A stretch of 62,569 nucleotides of DNA, the filler included, from Squatina squatina (taxonomy: Eukaryota), in NCBI GenBank assembly GCA_031763465.1. It is 4 parts of 4 records of this genome, joined end to end, with 100 filler letters (N's around TTAATTAATTAA, not from the genome) between each part and the next. Parts side by side here need not be neighbours in the genome. Positions count along the whole stretch, not along the records: positions 34,363 to 49,451 come from JARFOE010000016.1; positions 49,552 to 62,569 come from JARFOE010000057.1; 2 more parts are not named here. One strand, given 5' to 3'. The notes beneath the pieces were generated by a model. That model saw only the letters and a program-made list of their open reading frames with translations. It was not told the DNA's origin and ran no database searches. This document shows, piece after piece, positions 40,494 through 52,781 of this stretch. The position numbers were made by a program, and so were the translations under genes. Numbering within the stretch: position 1 is the first letter of the stretch; each line of letters opens with the position of its first letter.

Positions 40494-41397
40494 CTGGTTT
40501 TGGAGCCTCAACACTGGCTTTAGTCTCAGGCTCAATCTCACTAGTTCTATGATTGCGCTCACTGTCTTTCTTTTTCAGCTGCAGGGGCTCGTGGGTGTCG
40601 GAGAGCACCTTGTCCTCGACAGGTGGGCGCCGATCTTCTGGGGGAACAGCAACGACCTGCTCCTTGTCAGCTGTGCCGTCCGCCCCACGGGCGTCCCGGT
40701 TCCTCTTGTCCGGGCTCGGCTCCAATGAGCCCCGAGGCTTGGCCCGCACCCGCTCCTCGTAAGGCGAGTGGACGGGCCGAGCGCGGTCGTTGGAGAGGCT
40801 CCGGCGCTTCCGCCGCTCCTCCCACGGTTTGGCGGTGCCACGGTCGTTCTCCCGCTCGCTCGTCCAGCGGTCCCGACTGCGGCTCCGGACTGAAGCGGCG
40901 TAACCATCAGCGTTGTTGCGGCGGTCAAGGGCCTTGGCCGGGCTGCTCCAGTCGCCATCTGAGAAGTTCCTCTCCCGCTCATGGTACAGGGGCAGAGGCG
41001 GTGTCCTGTCACGTGCCGCCCGGGTCTCCCGCTCCAGGCTCCGGTGTCGGCCATAGCCATCCGCCAGCAGCTCGTAGTGCACCGGCAGCGGCACCGGCGG
41101 GTAAGGCTGCTGGTAACGTGCGTCCTCCACCTTGGCGAAGTCAACCCTCAGCCGCCGGTCGGGCCCCCCGAGAGGAAAGCCCCGCATCTGGGCGCAGGCG
41201 GCCTGCGCGGCGTCCAAGCTCTCGTACTGTATGTAAGCAAAGCTGTCGCCTTTAACATAGTCATTGGTGCGAATGCTGCCAAACCGGTCAAACTCCCTGG
41301 CCAGGGCAGCCAGCGAGGTCAGGGGTCCAAGCCCACCCACCCACAAGCGAGTCGTTGGGTTTGCTTTGCCGTATCCAATTTTAACCTGGTTCCTGCC
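40494..41397 (-). CDS. RBM15B: RNA-binding motif protein 15B, RRM3 and following low-complexity region (SPOC domain lost in gap)
   Basis: KIGYGKANPTTRLWVGGLG...FAYIQYESLDAAQAACAQMRGFPLGGPDRRLRVDFAK; open frame; next to MANF. Confidence 0.9.
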
Positions 41398-41673
41398 NNN
41401 NNNNNNNNNNNNNNNNNNNNNNNNNNNNNNNNNNNNNNNNNNNNNNNNNNNNNNNNNNNNNNNNNNNNNNNNNNNNNNNNNNNNNNNNNNNNNNNNNNNN
41501 NNNNNNNNNNNNNNNNNNNNNNNNNNNNNNNNNNNNNNNNNNNNNNNNNNNNNNNNNNNNNNNNNNNNNNNNNNNNNNNNNNNNNNNNNNNNNNNNNNNN
41601 NNNNNNNNNNNNNNNNNNNNNNNNNNNNNNNNNNNNNNNNNNNNNNNNNNNNNNNNNNNNNNNNNNNNNNNNN

Positions 41674-42105
41674 TAGCCCATAATAATCTAGCGACCGCTC
41701 CCGCTCCCTCGGCAGCGGTACTGCCTCGATGGGATAATTGGCGTGTCTCGTCCTCTGCTCTCGGAGGGTGCAGGCCCCCGGCGACAAAGAGCGCTGCCGA
41801 TACTGGTACCCGGCGTGGATGGGCACGTAGTTGACCTCGGGTGGGGTGCAGCTCCTCCGCTTGGGGTACACGGGCTCGATTTTGAGGGGCCGGTCGTAGA
41901 GCACCAGCCGGCCCTTGGCGTGCCGGGCCTCCTTGGCGTCCTCATGGTGCCGGAAGTGCACATAGGCCAGCCGGCCCCCGTCGGGGGTGTGGGTGGCGTT
42001 GACACTGACCTCGCCAAACTTCTTGAACTCGTGGAAGAGGCCGTCCTCCACCGCCTCGTCGGTCAGCTGCGAGCCCAGGTTGCTGACCACCAGGGTCTTG
42101 TACTC
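41674..42105 (-). CDS. RBM15B: RBM15B, RRM1 region; N-terminus absent
   Basis: EYKTLVVSNLGSQL...LFHEFKKFGEVSV...RLAYVHFRH...RLVLYDRPLKIEPVY; similarity ends at about 42105-42108. Confidence 0.88.
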
Positions 42106-42384
42106 CAGGCAGAAAGGAGAAAGCAAACATAATTTCTAATGCCGTTACAATGGATCGTGTGCTTAGTAAACAGAACCTCGGTGGGGGATGGGGAAGAAGT
42201 CAACTGACAGGCTGTGGCCAGTTGAGTAAGTGGTATTATTTTATACGCGCTGGATATCGTACTTAGGTCTTGATAACAAACTCTCTCAATGTGGAAAAAT
42301 CAATGCGAAAGACCAGAAATAGCTCCAAGGCATCAGATGTCAGCAGGGTTCTCCACAGGATCAGTTGCGTCCTACAGCCAAATA

Positions 42385-42578
42385 CCTGCATCCGTCTTTT
42401 GGGTGAGACATTAAACCAAGGTCCCCGTCTGCCCTCTCAGGTAGACGTGCAAGATCCTATCGCCACTATTTTGAAGGAGAGCAGCGGAGTTATCCCCGGT
42501 GTCCTCGGCCACTATTTTTCCCTCCATCACCATCACTCAAATACACATTATCTGGTCATTATCACATTGCTGTTTGTG
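42385..42578 (+). mobile_element. SINE fragment
   Basis: ccgtctttt gggtgagacattaaaccaaggtcccc...gagttatccccggtgtcct...ttatctggtcattatcacattgctgtttgtg; reverse-complement match to 57703-57900. Confidence 0.75.
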
Positions 42579-42885
42579 NNNNNNNNNNNNNNNNNNNNNN
42601 NNNNNNNNNNNNNNNNNNNNNNNNNNNNNNNNNNNNNNNNNNNNNNNNNNNNNNNNNNNNNNNNNNNNNNNNNNNNNNAGCATACCAGTTTTTACAAGCG
42701 CTTCCATGCCCTCCCAACTCTTTCCCCCAAAACACCACAAGCAGCACTTCCCAAGAATCAGTTTATTTTATAGCAAATCTCAAGACATTAAAGTCCCCTT
42801 TTTATTAATAAATACAAAAAAGGCAAGTGAAAAACCAATGGAAATGTACAATAACGAGTTGGTGGCAGGCCACACTCAGGCTTCA

Positions 42886-43070
42886 CTAGAGCTCGGTCCG
42901 CGATTGGGCAGCCAGGGGGGCATACTTCGGCATCAGGTCAGTGATTTTGCGGATGAAGTCAGATTTCTCCGCACAGCCTTTACATGACTCTCCCCACTGG
43001 TCCAGGATCTTCTTTAGCTCTTTGACTCGCAATTTCTTCAGATCAACCGTGCTCAGGTCCACCTGCTTGT
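42886..43070 (-). CDS. MANF: Mesencephalic astrocyte-derived neurotrophic factor, last exon
   Basis: cgcag|(D)[60 protein letters not shown] stop; CKGC motif; KDEL-like RTEL; AATAAA about 80 and 120 nt downstream; not in the ORF track. Confidence 0.96.
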
Positions 43071-43354
43071 CTGCGATTTGGTACAGAGGAAAGAAAGATC
43101 AGACACATGGTGAATGGCAACATTCTCAGTCCCCTTCCCCAATATTTCCCTCTCACCACTACAATTCTCCATCCAAGTAGACAAACAATCTTCTGTGTAC
43201 ACTAGACCTTACTAGGGAGGCGCTCGACCCCACTCTGCTAGAACATATGCACGCNNNNNNNNNNNNNNNNNNNNNNNNNNNNNNNNNNNNNNNNNNNNNN
43301 NNNNNNNNNNNNNNNNNNNNNNNNNNNNNNNNNNNNNNNNNNNNNNNNNNNNNN

Positions 43355-43590
43355 AACCCAAACTGAATACTGGTGAGCAGGTCATTGGTGAGTAAGTGCC
43401 ACTTAATAGCACTGCCAACGACACCTTCTGTCACTTAGCTGATGATTGAGAGCAGGCTGATGGGGTGGTAATTGGCTGGATTGGATTTGTCCTGCTTTTT
43501 GTGGACTTGACATAGCTGGGCAGTTTTCCACATTGTCAGGTAGATGCCAGTGTCGTAACTACTGGAACAGCTTGGCTCGAGACACAGCTA
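43355..43590 (-). mobile_element. CR1/L2-clade LINE RT fragment
   Basis: Minus strand reads ...KQDKSNPANYHPISLLSIIS*VTEGVV...LLTSIQFG, an RT domain start. Confidence 0.75.
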
Positions 43591-44104
43591 GTAGATATTA
43601 GGGATACAGGTTTTCAAACTTGGGACTCTTGAGGTTACCAAAGTCACCACATTTCTGTCTATCTGCCATTAGATTTCAGCACTTGTTGACTTTCTGGCAC
43701 AATATTTATGCTGCTGTATATTCACATGAAATGGCAATACCGTTTATCTTTGGGTCTTTTGGAAATGTGGATAAGATGTCTCCAAATTTACAGTGGTCCC
43801 CTGAAGTTTGGCAATATTTGCAGGGAGTCCTCAGAAGTTTTTTGAAATTTACAAAAGATACCCCCACACAGAAAGGTTTCAACATACCTGCCCTAGAAGT
43901 CTCTTCAGATTAACTCGAACTGTTGCTTCAGCAGATGTGTGGTCAACCTTGGCCTGAAATACTCCTCTGCCTTAATTTCTGGGACTGAGTTGATCATACT
44001 TGTGGTTAATATCTTTTGGCACTTGTGTGTGTACAATAATCGGGAGCTTCTCTATCTCCTTGGTGCTGCTGAGTTTCGATACCAGTGATGCATTCAAGAA
44101 ACTC

Positions 44105-44390
44105 AGTCAGCAAGGGGTGTGAGCTGTCAGTCAGCAAAGGCCACGAGGTGTCAGTAACACAGGCAGCAAGGACTGTGAGCTGTTAGACAGCAAGGGCTGC
44201 GAGCGGTTAGTCATTCAGTGAGCAAGGGTTGTAAGCTGTCAGACAGACGGCACGAGTGCAGTCAGACAGACAGATCTTCAGTGAGCAAGGGTTGTGAGCT
44301 GTCAACCTGAAACAGCAAGGTCTGCGAACTGTCGGGCAGACAGACAGCAAAGGCTGCGAGCGGTCAGCATAATGGTGCGAACTGACATTA
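44105..44390. repeat. Degenerate minisatellite, unit about 22-35 bp
   Basis: Recurring cagcaaggg(t/c)tg(t/c)gagctgtcag. Confidence 0.8.
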
Positions 44391-47300
44391 GGGGAACATT
44401 TACTGGGGTTGAAATCTGGCAAGAATCGGTTTCACAGCCACAAAGCTGAGTGGCACCAGAGCAGCTGTGGACTAGTTCAGTTTACAAAATGATCACCGAC
44501 AGCAGAAAAAGGATATAGTCACATACGATCCACCCAAAACAACAGTAAAATCCTGGAATTCTATGTAATTAAAATTGGCATTTGACTCATTGTTCACTGT
44601 GAAGTTGTGGCCCTGCTCACTGTATTTGTGCTACAGCAGGTTTGAGTATGGGATGTTGGTGTTGGCCGATTTTGTTGTTGATTTTGCTCCTTCAGCTGTA
44701 TGATGGAGAAACTGGTACCCAACTCAAAGACACAGAATTACTTGTTAAATCAAGGCTTTAATTTTAGGCATTAAGGAAGTACACATCACAGCAATTTGGT
44801 GAATAGGAAAACGAACTGCGAGTATTTACATCTAAAATTCACGTCACATATTCTGACATGCTAACACGATATATACAGTAAAATCCCATTATGTACTTTC
44901 ACCAATGCGTTCTTGCCACTCCCCTTACAAAAACGGTAAGGGGCAGTTCTATGAGTACAATTGAACCTAACCATGGGTCTGGCGAAAGGTCATTTACCAT
45001 TATGGTCAAGTGGTCTTTTCTTTAAAGCTCTACCCACCCTCACCCCAGCCTGTAAAGCCAATTTGGCTTTAAGGACCCTCCCTAAGTCACAGGAGGTTTG
45101 CTCAAAGTAGTGTCAATGAGCCAGTCCCCCAGCCACCTGGTGACAAGCTGGTCAATGGAGGCCCAGCTCGGCCCGAGCACAGCTCCCCAGCTCCTCCCAT
45201 GTTTTCCCAAGCAAGGGGTACAAGTGGTAACTGTCCGCAGTTAATGACCTTCCGGCCCAAGCCAGTCACAGCCCCAGGTGTGTAGTGAGGGCCATCAAAA
45301 GCCACAGAATGAAAGTTCAGTGTTAAAGAAAAACCCTTTAACACAACAGGCTGACATCCGATCAGCGGTCTCTCGCTCTCTTTTCCCTTTTTGTAAAATT
45401 CATAAATACACAGCATTCAAAAGGGAAGATTTGTACAAGAAGCGAGATTATTTGGGCACTGACATGGTCCAATAGAGACAGACACAATTTGGAAAGGGGA
45501 GGAGTGGGGAAACAGCTTCACGTCACTGTGCGGATAACGGGCTGACAGGTTTTAAATCAGAGCAACCCATGTTTACAACAGGCGGCTTAAACTCCATCAT
45601 TTCAAACATTGCAGCTGTACAGAAAACGGGACTGTAAATTACAAGGCTCACAAAAATACATCTGGCATGCTTTAGTTACAGGACACACTCCTGGGCTTGT
45701 GTACTGCGAAGAAAGCACTGCGATAGCTTGGTAAATATTAAATAAGAACAGTGCCTTTTAAGAGGCACATTACTGTTATACATCAAAATTTATTTTTTAT
45801 TTTACAGATTCATTTCACATTTCATTTTCTTTTTCACAAAGTCCCCAGTGGACCTCTTGACTTTTCGACGGGCATGAAAGTTATGGTTGAACAAAAAAAA
45901 AATTAAATTTGTATTTTTTTAATAAAGACTGGATTTTCTGTCTTGCAAACATCCCGAATGGAAACATCCAGTAAATGGATGGGAGTGTTCACCGCGCCTA
46001 GTGTATGTGCACTGGCTGGTGAGCACGCATGTTCTCCGCAACATCGGGAATCAAGATGAAAGAGGCCGACAGCTGATTCTAGCCCATTCCTATTTTCCCT
46101 GGGCACAGCTGTCTCCAACTGAAATCCCAATGCTGGGTAGTTACTGTGATATATTTGACGATTTCACTGACCACCACTTTCCCCCCTCTCTCACCCTGGG
46201 GGGAAAAAAACACAATACCAGTACCCAGGAGACTGTCCCATCACCAGGACACAGAATAGTGTTTCTGTACAAAAGTGATTTGTTACAATGCTTTATCCCA
46301 GAGATATACTTCAGGCCATTCATGATTAGAGTCTTGCAGTGTTCAGCCCTCACCCTCTATATCAACAGAGAGTAAGTTGGATCATAGAATACTCAATGAT
46401 ACAGGTAGAATTACAATCGCTTTTAAATTCTCTTCATCTTTTATACCAAATTTTAACTTCTCTTTTTGTTAATACTTATACTACCCTTTCTGAACAATTC
46501 CGACATACCACTGCCTCTTGCTTTATTTAGAGCTTACGCTCAGTAGCACACCTTGCTCTACAATATCCTACACCCGTGCTATAACATGGAATCAACGGCT
46601 CAATTGTTAATAGAGAAACTGTGTAAAATACCTTTATAACTCTGCCCCTAGTATGATCTGTCTGATATCACTCAAATTCTTTCAGTAATAGATAAACTGT
46701 CAAAGACTTGCTTTAGAAGACAGTGGTCAGTTAAAATACAAATTCTGTATAGCTCCCAAACTGTTGTACTGCATCTTTGTACTTGCTACATTGCAAGGGC
46801 AGGGATAATGCTTTAAATTGCACTCCATCTTCAGGTGCGTGATATCAATGAGGACAAAGACATCCTGAATTCCTACATGAACCAAATTATAGAGACCAAT
46901 GTGATATGATCGAAATGGGANNNNNNNNNNNNNNNNNNNNNNNNNNNNNNNNNNNNNNNNNNNNNNNNNNNNNNNNNNNNNNNNNNNNNNNNNNNNNNNN
47001 NNNNNNNNNNNNNNNNNNNNTCCTCGACATATTGGTTTAGAAAACCATCCCGTATACACTCCAGAAAATCCTCCACAGTATGAGGCGAAGTCTAGCTCTA
47101 CAATCCCAGATGTGAAATCCCTCATTATACACCTGCCTCTGCATCATTGACGTTAGATGTCTTTTTAAATCTATAACAAAATAACAAACTGGCATCTACA
47201 TAGTACCTTTAAAGTAGAAAAAATGTCCCAAGGCACTTCACAGAGGCACCAAGCCAAAGGAGGAGATATTAGGATGAGCGAGTAAAAGCTTGGTTGAAGT

Positions 47301-47618
47301 GGTAGGTCTTAAGGAGGAGAGGGAGTTGAAGAGGTGGAGGCAATAAATAAATAGAGATTTTAAATCTGTAACAACAATTAGCTGTAATATCATGTGGCAG
47401 AATGTTTATGCTGAATCATGATGGGAACACAAGATAAGATTTCAATTTAGTGTTCTCGAGTGTATCTGGGTTTTACCAGTAGAGCATTATCAGTGTCACT
47501 GATAAAATGGCAGATGTCGGCTCTAACTATGTATACAGCATGATGGAACAGATACCCAACAGCATCTCCCTGATGTTTAATGTCTATGGAATGTCATGTT
47601 CTGTGTCTAGTAGCTTAC

Positions 47619-47734
47619 CTGTCCATTCTCCATCATGGCTGGATACATGGCACTACTTGGCCTGTCCCTGTGAGGAGGCAGCAACATCACGATTTCCTGT
47701 GAGTGACGGTACTTATCGGACAATGATGGGGAAC
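47619..47734 (-). CDS. DOCK3: Dedicator of cytokinesis 3, C-terminal region exon
   Basis: ctcag|(G)SPSLSDKYRHSQEIVMLLPPHRDRPSSAMYPAMMENGQ|gtaagc; 116 bp. Confidence 0.9.
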
Positions 47735-48479
47735 CTGAGCACAGACAGAAAGAGGAAGAGTAGATTAGGAACCACAATAGACAAAGACAACAAAACAGGA
47801 AAAGAAATGGGCGAGGGAAATAGAAAAAGGAGTGAAGAACATGGAGACAGAGAGGGAGAAAAGGGAGAAAGAAAAGGGGGAGAGTGAGATAGAAAGGGGA
47901 GAGAGAGAAAAGGGAAGAGAGGGAGAGAAAGGGGGAGAGAGAGAGAGAGAGCGACGGAGAGAGAGANNNNNNNNNNNNNNNNNNNNNNNNNNNNNNNNNN
48001 NNNNNNNNNNNNNNNNNNNNNNNNNNNNNNNNNNNNNNNNNNNNNNNNNNNNNNNNNNNNNNNNNNNNNNNNNNNNNNNNNNNNNNNNNNNNNNNNNNNN
48101 NNNNNNNNNNNNNNNTACCACAGTGCTAAATGGGATAGATTCAGAACAGATCTAGCAGCTCCAAACTGGTCATCCATGAGGCGCTGTGGGCCATCAGCAG
48201 CAGCAGAATTGTATACCACCACAATCTGTAACCTCATCGCCTGCACTTCCCTCACCCTATCATTACCATCAAGTCAGGGGACCAACCCAGGTTCAGTGAG
48301 GAGTGCAGTTGAGCATGTCAGGAGTAGCACCAGGCATACCTTAAAAATGAGGTGCCGAAGATGTTTTATAAATACCAAGAGGATAACTAAAGAAAGAGTA
48401 GGGCTTATTCGGGACCGCAAGGGTAACCTGTGTGTGGAGGTGGAAGACGAGAGTATGGTTCTGAATGAATATGTTGGTA

Positions 48480-49130
48480 GCAAACTTCACCTGTGGCGCT
48501 TCGGGGCGATAGCAGGGCAGGAGCAGGCATTTTTCTCACTGGCTCCTGCCCTGCCTGCCGCAGAATTTGCCATTCTGGGGCGGGAGTGAAGCACAGTGAT
48601 GCCGGCCACACTCCCAGGTGGAACTGGGGTGGCTGGCTGGAGACGTTGCTGGTGTGGCCTCAGCGCCATGCTCGCGACGTCAGCTGCGCTGCATCAGTGT
48701 CACTGCATACTGACATCAGACACAGCGCGCTAATGTCAGTAGCGCGGCCAGGCCTCCTTTAAAGGAGAGGACCGCCGGTCATCCTGATGGTGCCCCTGCG
48801 GCCCGTCACTGGGCCACCAGGGATGGCGGCGACCAGGACACTGGCCTGACATGCCAGTCGACGTGCCAGGCAAGGGGATGGAGGCCCGATCAGGCCGTAG
48901 GCCGCCATCAGTTGGCCGACACGAGAGTCGGCCGATAAATAAAGATGGCGGCTACAGGCGCACAGGCCCGCCCCTTTCAGAGGGCCGTTGTGCTTTCGCT
49001 GCAACCGCCTCCCACAGATGAATTACGCCACAGGGCACAAACGGGCCGTAAAGGGGGTCGCGGCTGCGCGGTGAGGGTCGGCGTGCACTTTAATGACATT
49101 GCACCTTCATATCTTGGCGTACTCCTTTAA
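48480..49130. mobile_element. GC-rich MITE, same family as 14481-14830, next to LINE fragments at 48116-48478
   Basis: CpG-rich non-coding block sharing the ggcctcctttaaagg / ctgacatcag motifs. Confidence 0.6.
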
Positions 49131-49306
49131 TTTAAAAATATAGGAGAAAAGACAACACCTGCCAAAGCCAGCCCCAGCCGCCTACTGTGCATCGCTTTGG
49201 AAAAGTGGTAAAAGGCAAGATTTATACCCGGGAGAGATGAGACAGCTCAGTCGCAAGTAGGCCCAAGCCTCGCTGAAAGTTAACACGAAATAAAAGAGGT
49301 TCTTAC

Positions 49307-49388
49307 CTCGAGCGCTGGACGGGGCTGAGTTGATCATCTGCGAAGGAGCAGAATGTGTGGAGCTCAGGCTAGAGGTGGACGGACTTGC
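49307..49388 (-). CDS. DOCK3: DOCK3 exon preceding 47619-47734
   Basis: gccag|ASPSTSSLSSTHSAPSQMINSAPSSAR-G|gtaaga; 82 bp; phase 1 joins the next exon. Confidence 0.9.
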
Positions 49389-49451
49389 CTGGCACGACGA
49401 CAAAACAGAGACGTTGGTCATGGAGCCCTGGAACTTGGCATTAGCATAAGC

Positions 49452-49551
49452 NNNNNNNNNNNNNNNNNNNNNNNNNNNNNNNNNNNNNNNNNNNNTTAAT
49501 TAATTAANNNNNNNNNNNNNNNNNNNNNNNNNNNNNNNNNNNNNNNNNNNN
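49452..49551. other. Artificial scaffold spacer N44-TTAATTAATTAA-N44
   Basis: TTAATTAATTAA at 49496-49507. Confidence 0.97.
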
Positions 49552-49729
49552 ATGATGCTGCTGGACGTTTTACCACATTACGACACGATATAAATACAAG
49601 TTGTTGTTGTTCAAATTATAGTTCAGATTTTCGAATACTCATCCTGAGCATCACTCTAACTCTAGCCTCCCTTGCAGCATATCCACAAGAATATGAACAG
49701 AACAGACTTTGGCCAAGTAAAGTTGAAAG

Positions 49730-50100
49730 AACTTTCATTTATATCGTACCTTTCATGACTGCAGGACGTTCCAAAGGCCATTGAGGTACTTTTGAAGACT
49801 CGTTACTGTTGTATTTGAGGGAAACACAAAGGCTAATTTGCACACAGCATGACCCCACAAACTGCGATGTGACGATGTTGTTTTAGGGATAAAGGTCTTC
49901 TTCAAATTGTGCCATGGTTTTTTTCCCACGCACCTGAGCGGGAAGGTGGGGGCACAGTTTAATGATTGATCTGAAAGATGGCGCCTCCAACGGTGCAGCA
50001 CTGCCTCGGCACTGCACTAAGTGTCAGCCTAGATTATGTGCTCTAGCCTCTGGACTTGAACACACAACTTTATGACTCGGAGGTAAGCATGCTACCACAA
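49730..50100 (-). mobile_element. tRNA-derived SINE, near full length
   Basis: B-box-like remnant (gacttgaacacaca on the plus strand), core gcagcactgcctcggcactgcactaagtgtcagcctagattatgtgctc, LINE-derived tail. Confidence 0.8.
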
Positions 50101-50342
50101 TATCAAGAACAAAATCCCTTAAAATTTCTTGTTTCACAGGTTATAGTAAATTTGGCCACAGTTGCTCATAAAATTCAAGGGATTTGGTTCATTAAAAATG
50201 TAAATATATTGCTTTGAAGTGTGTCCCATGATTTTATATGGCAATTATAAAACAATCCTGAAAATTAGGGAACAGTGTCCTTTACATGTCAAACTTGAAT
50301 GCATGTATTGCTGATTTTCTGATTTTTGTTCCTCTATATTAG

Positions 50343-50889
50343 ATTAAACTTGAGCCCAGATCAGCAGTGAAAAGAAAACCAGAAAGTATTAACTGTTCAC
50401 TGACAGTTAAGAAACAACACCTAAAAAGGATCATTTCAAACTGGGAATCTGAGCATGCTTACAGCTGCCTTCCTGTATACAATTCGGAAGCACCTTTCTA
50501 TGGTGCAGAAGCAACCTCCCACATCAACTCTCATTGTGGACAGGAGACGTTCGCCAGCTCACCTGAGCCCAACTCGGTGCCGGAGGAGAGTTCAATAATG
50601 GAATCCTCCCCCATGATGACTCACAGCACTGAGACAGAGACTTCACACAGCCCCTCAGTTGTCTCAACTGTACCTGTTCNNNNNNNNNNAGCCCCTCACC
50701 TCAACTCCCTCAATGGGACGCTCCCCTACGGCTGAGATCCGTGCAGCACAGAGTTACTCTCCTCTTCCTCAGTTGGGTATAGACGAAATTACGCGTGATG
50801 AGAAGATCAAGCGGCTGAAGGAGATTCTGAAGGAGAAGGAGGCCGCGCTGGAGGCGATACGGAAGAAAATGGTTTTGGCACCTTTATAA
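50343..50889 (+). CDS. LRIF1: LRIF1-like protein, last exon (10-N gap at 50680-50689 shifts the apparent frame)
   Basis: ttag|IKLEPRSAVKRK...; ends GIDEITRDEKIKRLKEILKEKEAALEAIRKKMVLAPL stop, matching the recalled LRIF1 coiled coil RDEKIRRLKQVLREKEAALEEMRKKM; LRIF1 lies near CEPT1 in mammals. Confidence 0.78.
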
Positions 50890-52094
50890 TGTTCTCAATC
50901 AAAATTAAGAGTCTGTGTCCGTGCTGTGCTATTTATCTGATGAACTGGATACTCCCCCTTCTGTGTGATCTCAGTCTCTCTTGGTAAATTTAAGATGACA
51001 AATATTTAAAGTTTGTTTTTTCTGCTGTATGGTACAACAGCATGAAGAGGAGTAAGAATAAGTAGATACCCGTGAAATTGTTTTCAGAGTAGGTAAGTGC
51101 AAAAAATGGGACACCTGGCGCTGGTCCTCCCATTTTAAACTGACTGCCATAAATTGAATTGTGGAATCTGCCAACATCTATGTTGGCAGGACCTCAGAAT
51201 TTTTTTAAAAAGAGTGGAGTCAATTTTGTTCTGATTTACACCTGGGCAACACATACTCCTCAGGTGCTGCACAGCAGAAAAGACCCGATTTCCCTGAACT
51301 CTGCCCCTTTTGCATTGCCCATGGATTTTCAAGGAGGGGATACAGGGTTTGAACCTACAGCAGACACAAGCTCGCTACCCTATTCTATAGTAATGAGTCA
51401 GAAGTAGCATTACCACAGCACCTGCCTCATTTTTCTCAGTCTCCACTTGGCAGAGGCCCAAATTGAACTGCATCCTCAGTTAGTGAACTTTACTCCTGCC
51501 AAGGAGTGGGCCTAGACCAGAGGAAGGTCAAGCCTAGAATAATGACCTGAACCCAGGAACACAGGCAGATTCGGGTCAGCTCTCGTGGAAAGCACTTTGG
51601 ATGCATTCTGTCTGCACTTATGCAGAGGAGGCGAGGAAAGTTGTCTTTCATTTCATTTATGCGGAATAATCTAAATTTATAATGTGTGCCCAGTGGCGAA
51701 CATCAGGGCGGTGAAATTCCCTTACGTCCCTGCGGACGGCTGGCGCCTAAAGATTTGAGTTGAGTAGCGCCTCTGTTTGGAGGCGCTACAACATTCCTAA
51801 ATTCAGCATTTTTTTTTGTAGGCGAGATCGTCGGGGCGAGTACAGCAACTTTAGGCACAGGTAGGTAGGCGCCCGCGCGTGTCCTGGAACCGTGGCGCTA
51901 AGAAGGATCAGCGGATGCAGCAGGTCATCGAAGAGCTAAGTAGAGCAGCAGATTGCTCTTTANNNNNNNNNNNNNNNNNNNNNNNNNNNNNNNNNNNNNN
52001 NNNNNNNNNNNNNNNNNNNNNNNNNNNNNNNNNNNNNNNNNNNNNNNNNNNNNNNNNNNNNNTACTGAAATCCTTGCACCTCATATTTTTACAG

Positions 52095-52781
52095 GCTGTG
52101 AAACAACTGCTGAATACCCTTCCAAGAGGCTGTGCAAGTAGCCCTCCATTTCCTGAGGATAGAGACTTATTGTTAAAAGCAGGAATCTATGCTGATGTCC
52201 GAGTTCACCTTTATAGAATCCCCTTGACTGGCATTGCTGATACTTCAGGATGTTGGTTGGAAAGTCCTATAAAATATATTCCACAACTCTCTAAGGAGCC
52301 TGATCTGGTGGATTTAGAAGAATGTCCAGAACTCTCTCGGAAGCCTGGGCCGGTAGAACTGGAGGAATGCCCAGAGCTCATCAGGGAGCATGACGCAACA
52401 GAATTGGAAAAGTGTCTGGAGCTTTTCACGGATGCCGGGCTAGCAGATTTGGAAGAATGCCCAGGGGTCTCGAGGGTGCCTGGCCCAGTCGCATCCAAAG
52501 AATGTCCAAAACTCTCCAAAGAACCTGGCCCAGTGATAAAGGAAGAACGCACAGCTATCTCTAGAGTGCTTAGCCCAGCAGAATTGGAGGGGGGCCCAGC
52601 TATCTCAAAGGATTCCAGCCCACTCGCATTGGAAGAATGTCACGATTATTCCAAAAAACGTATCCCAGTAGCACTGGAAGAAGGTGTAGATGCCGACAGA
52701 GTACCGAGCCCAACAGAACTGGTGGACTGTCCTTCTGAATCTGAAGCAGGATACCATAGTAAATACAGAAGGAAGAGAAAG
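52095..52781 (+). CDS. LRIF1-like internal exon with putative HP1-binding motif and 10 x 15-aa repeats
   Basis: ttacag|AVKQLL...KAGIYADVRVHLYRIP...RRKRK|gtattt; 687 bp, phase 0/0, no stops; DVRVHLYRIP resembles LRIF1 DLRVCLTRIP. Confidence 0.65.

Noticed and set aside
40553-42132. Plus-strand and alternate-frame ORFs over RBM15B
   Set aside because: Shadow ORFs of GC-rich coding sequence
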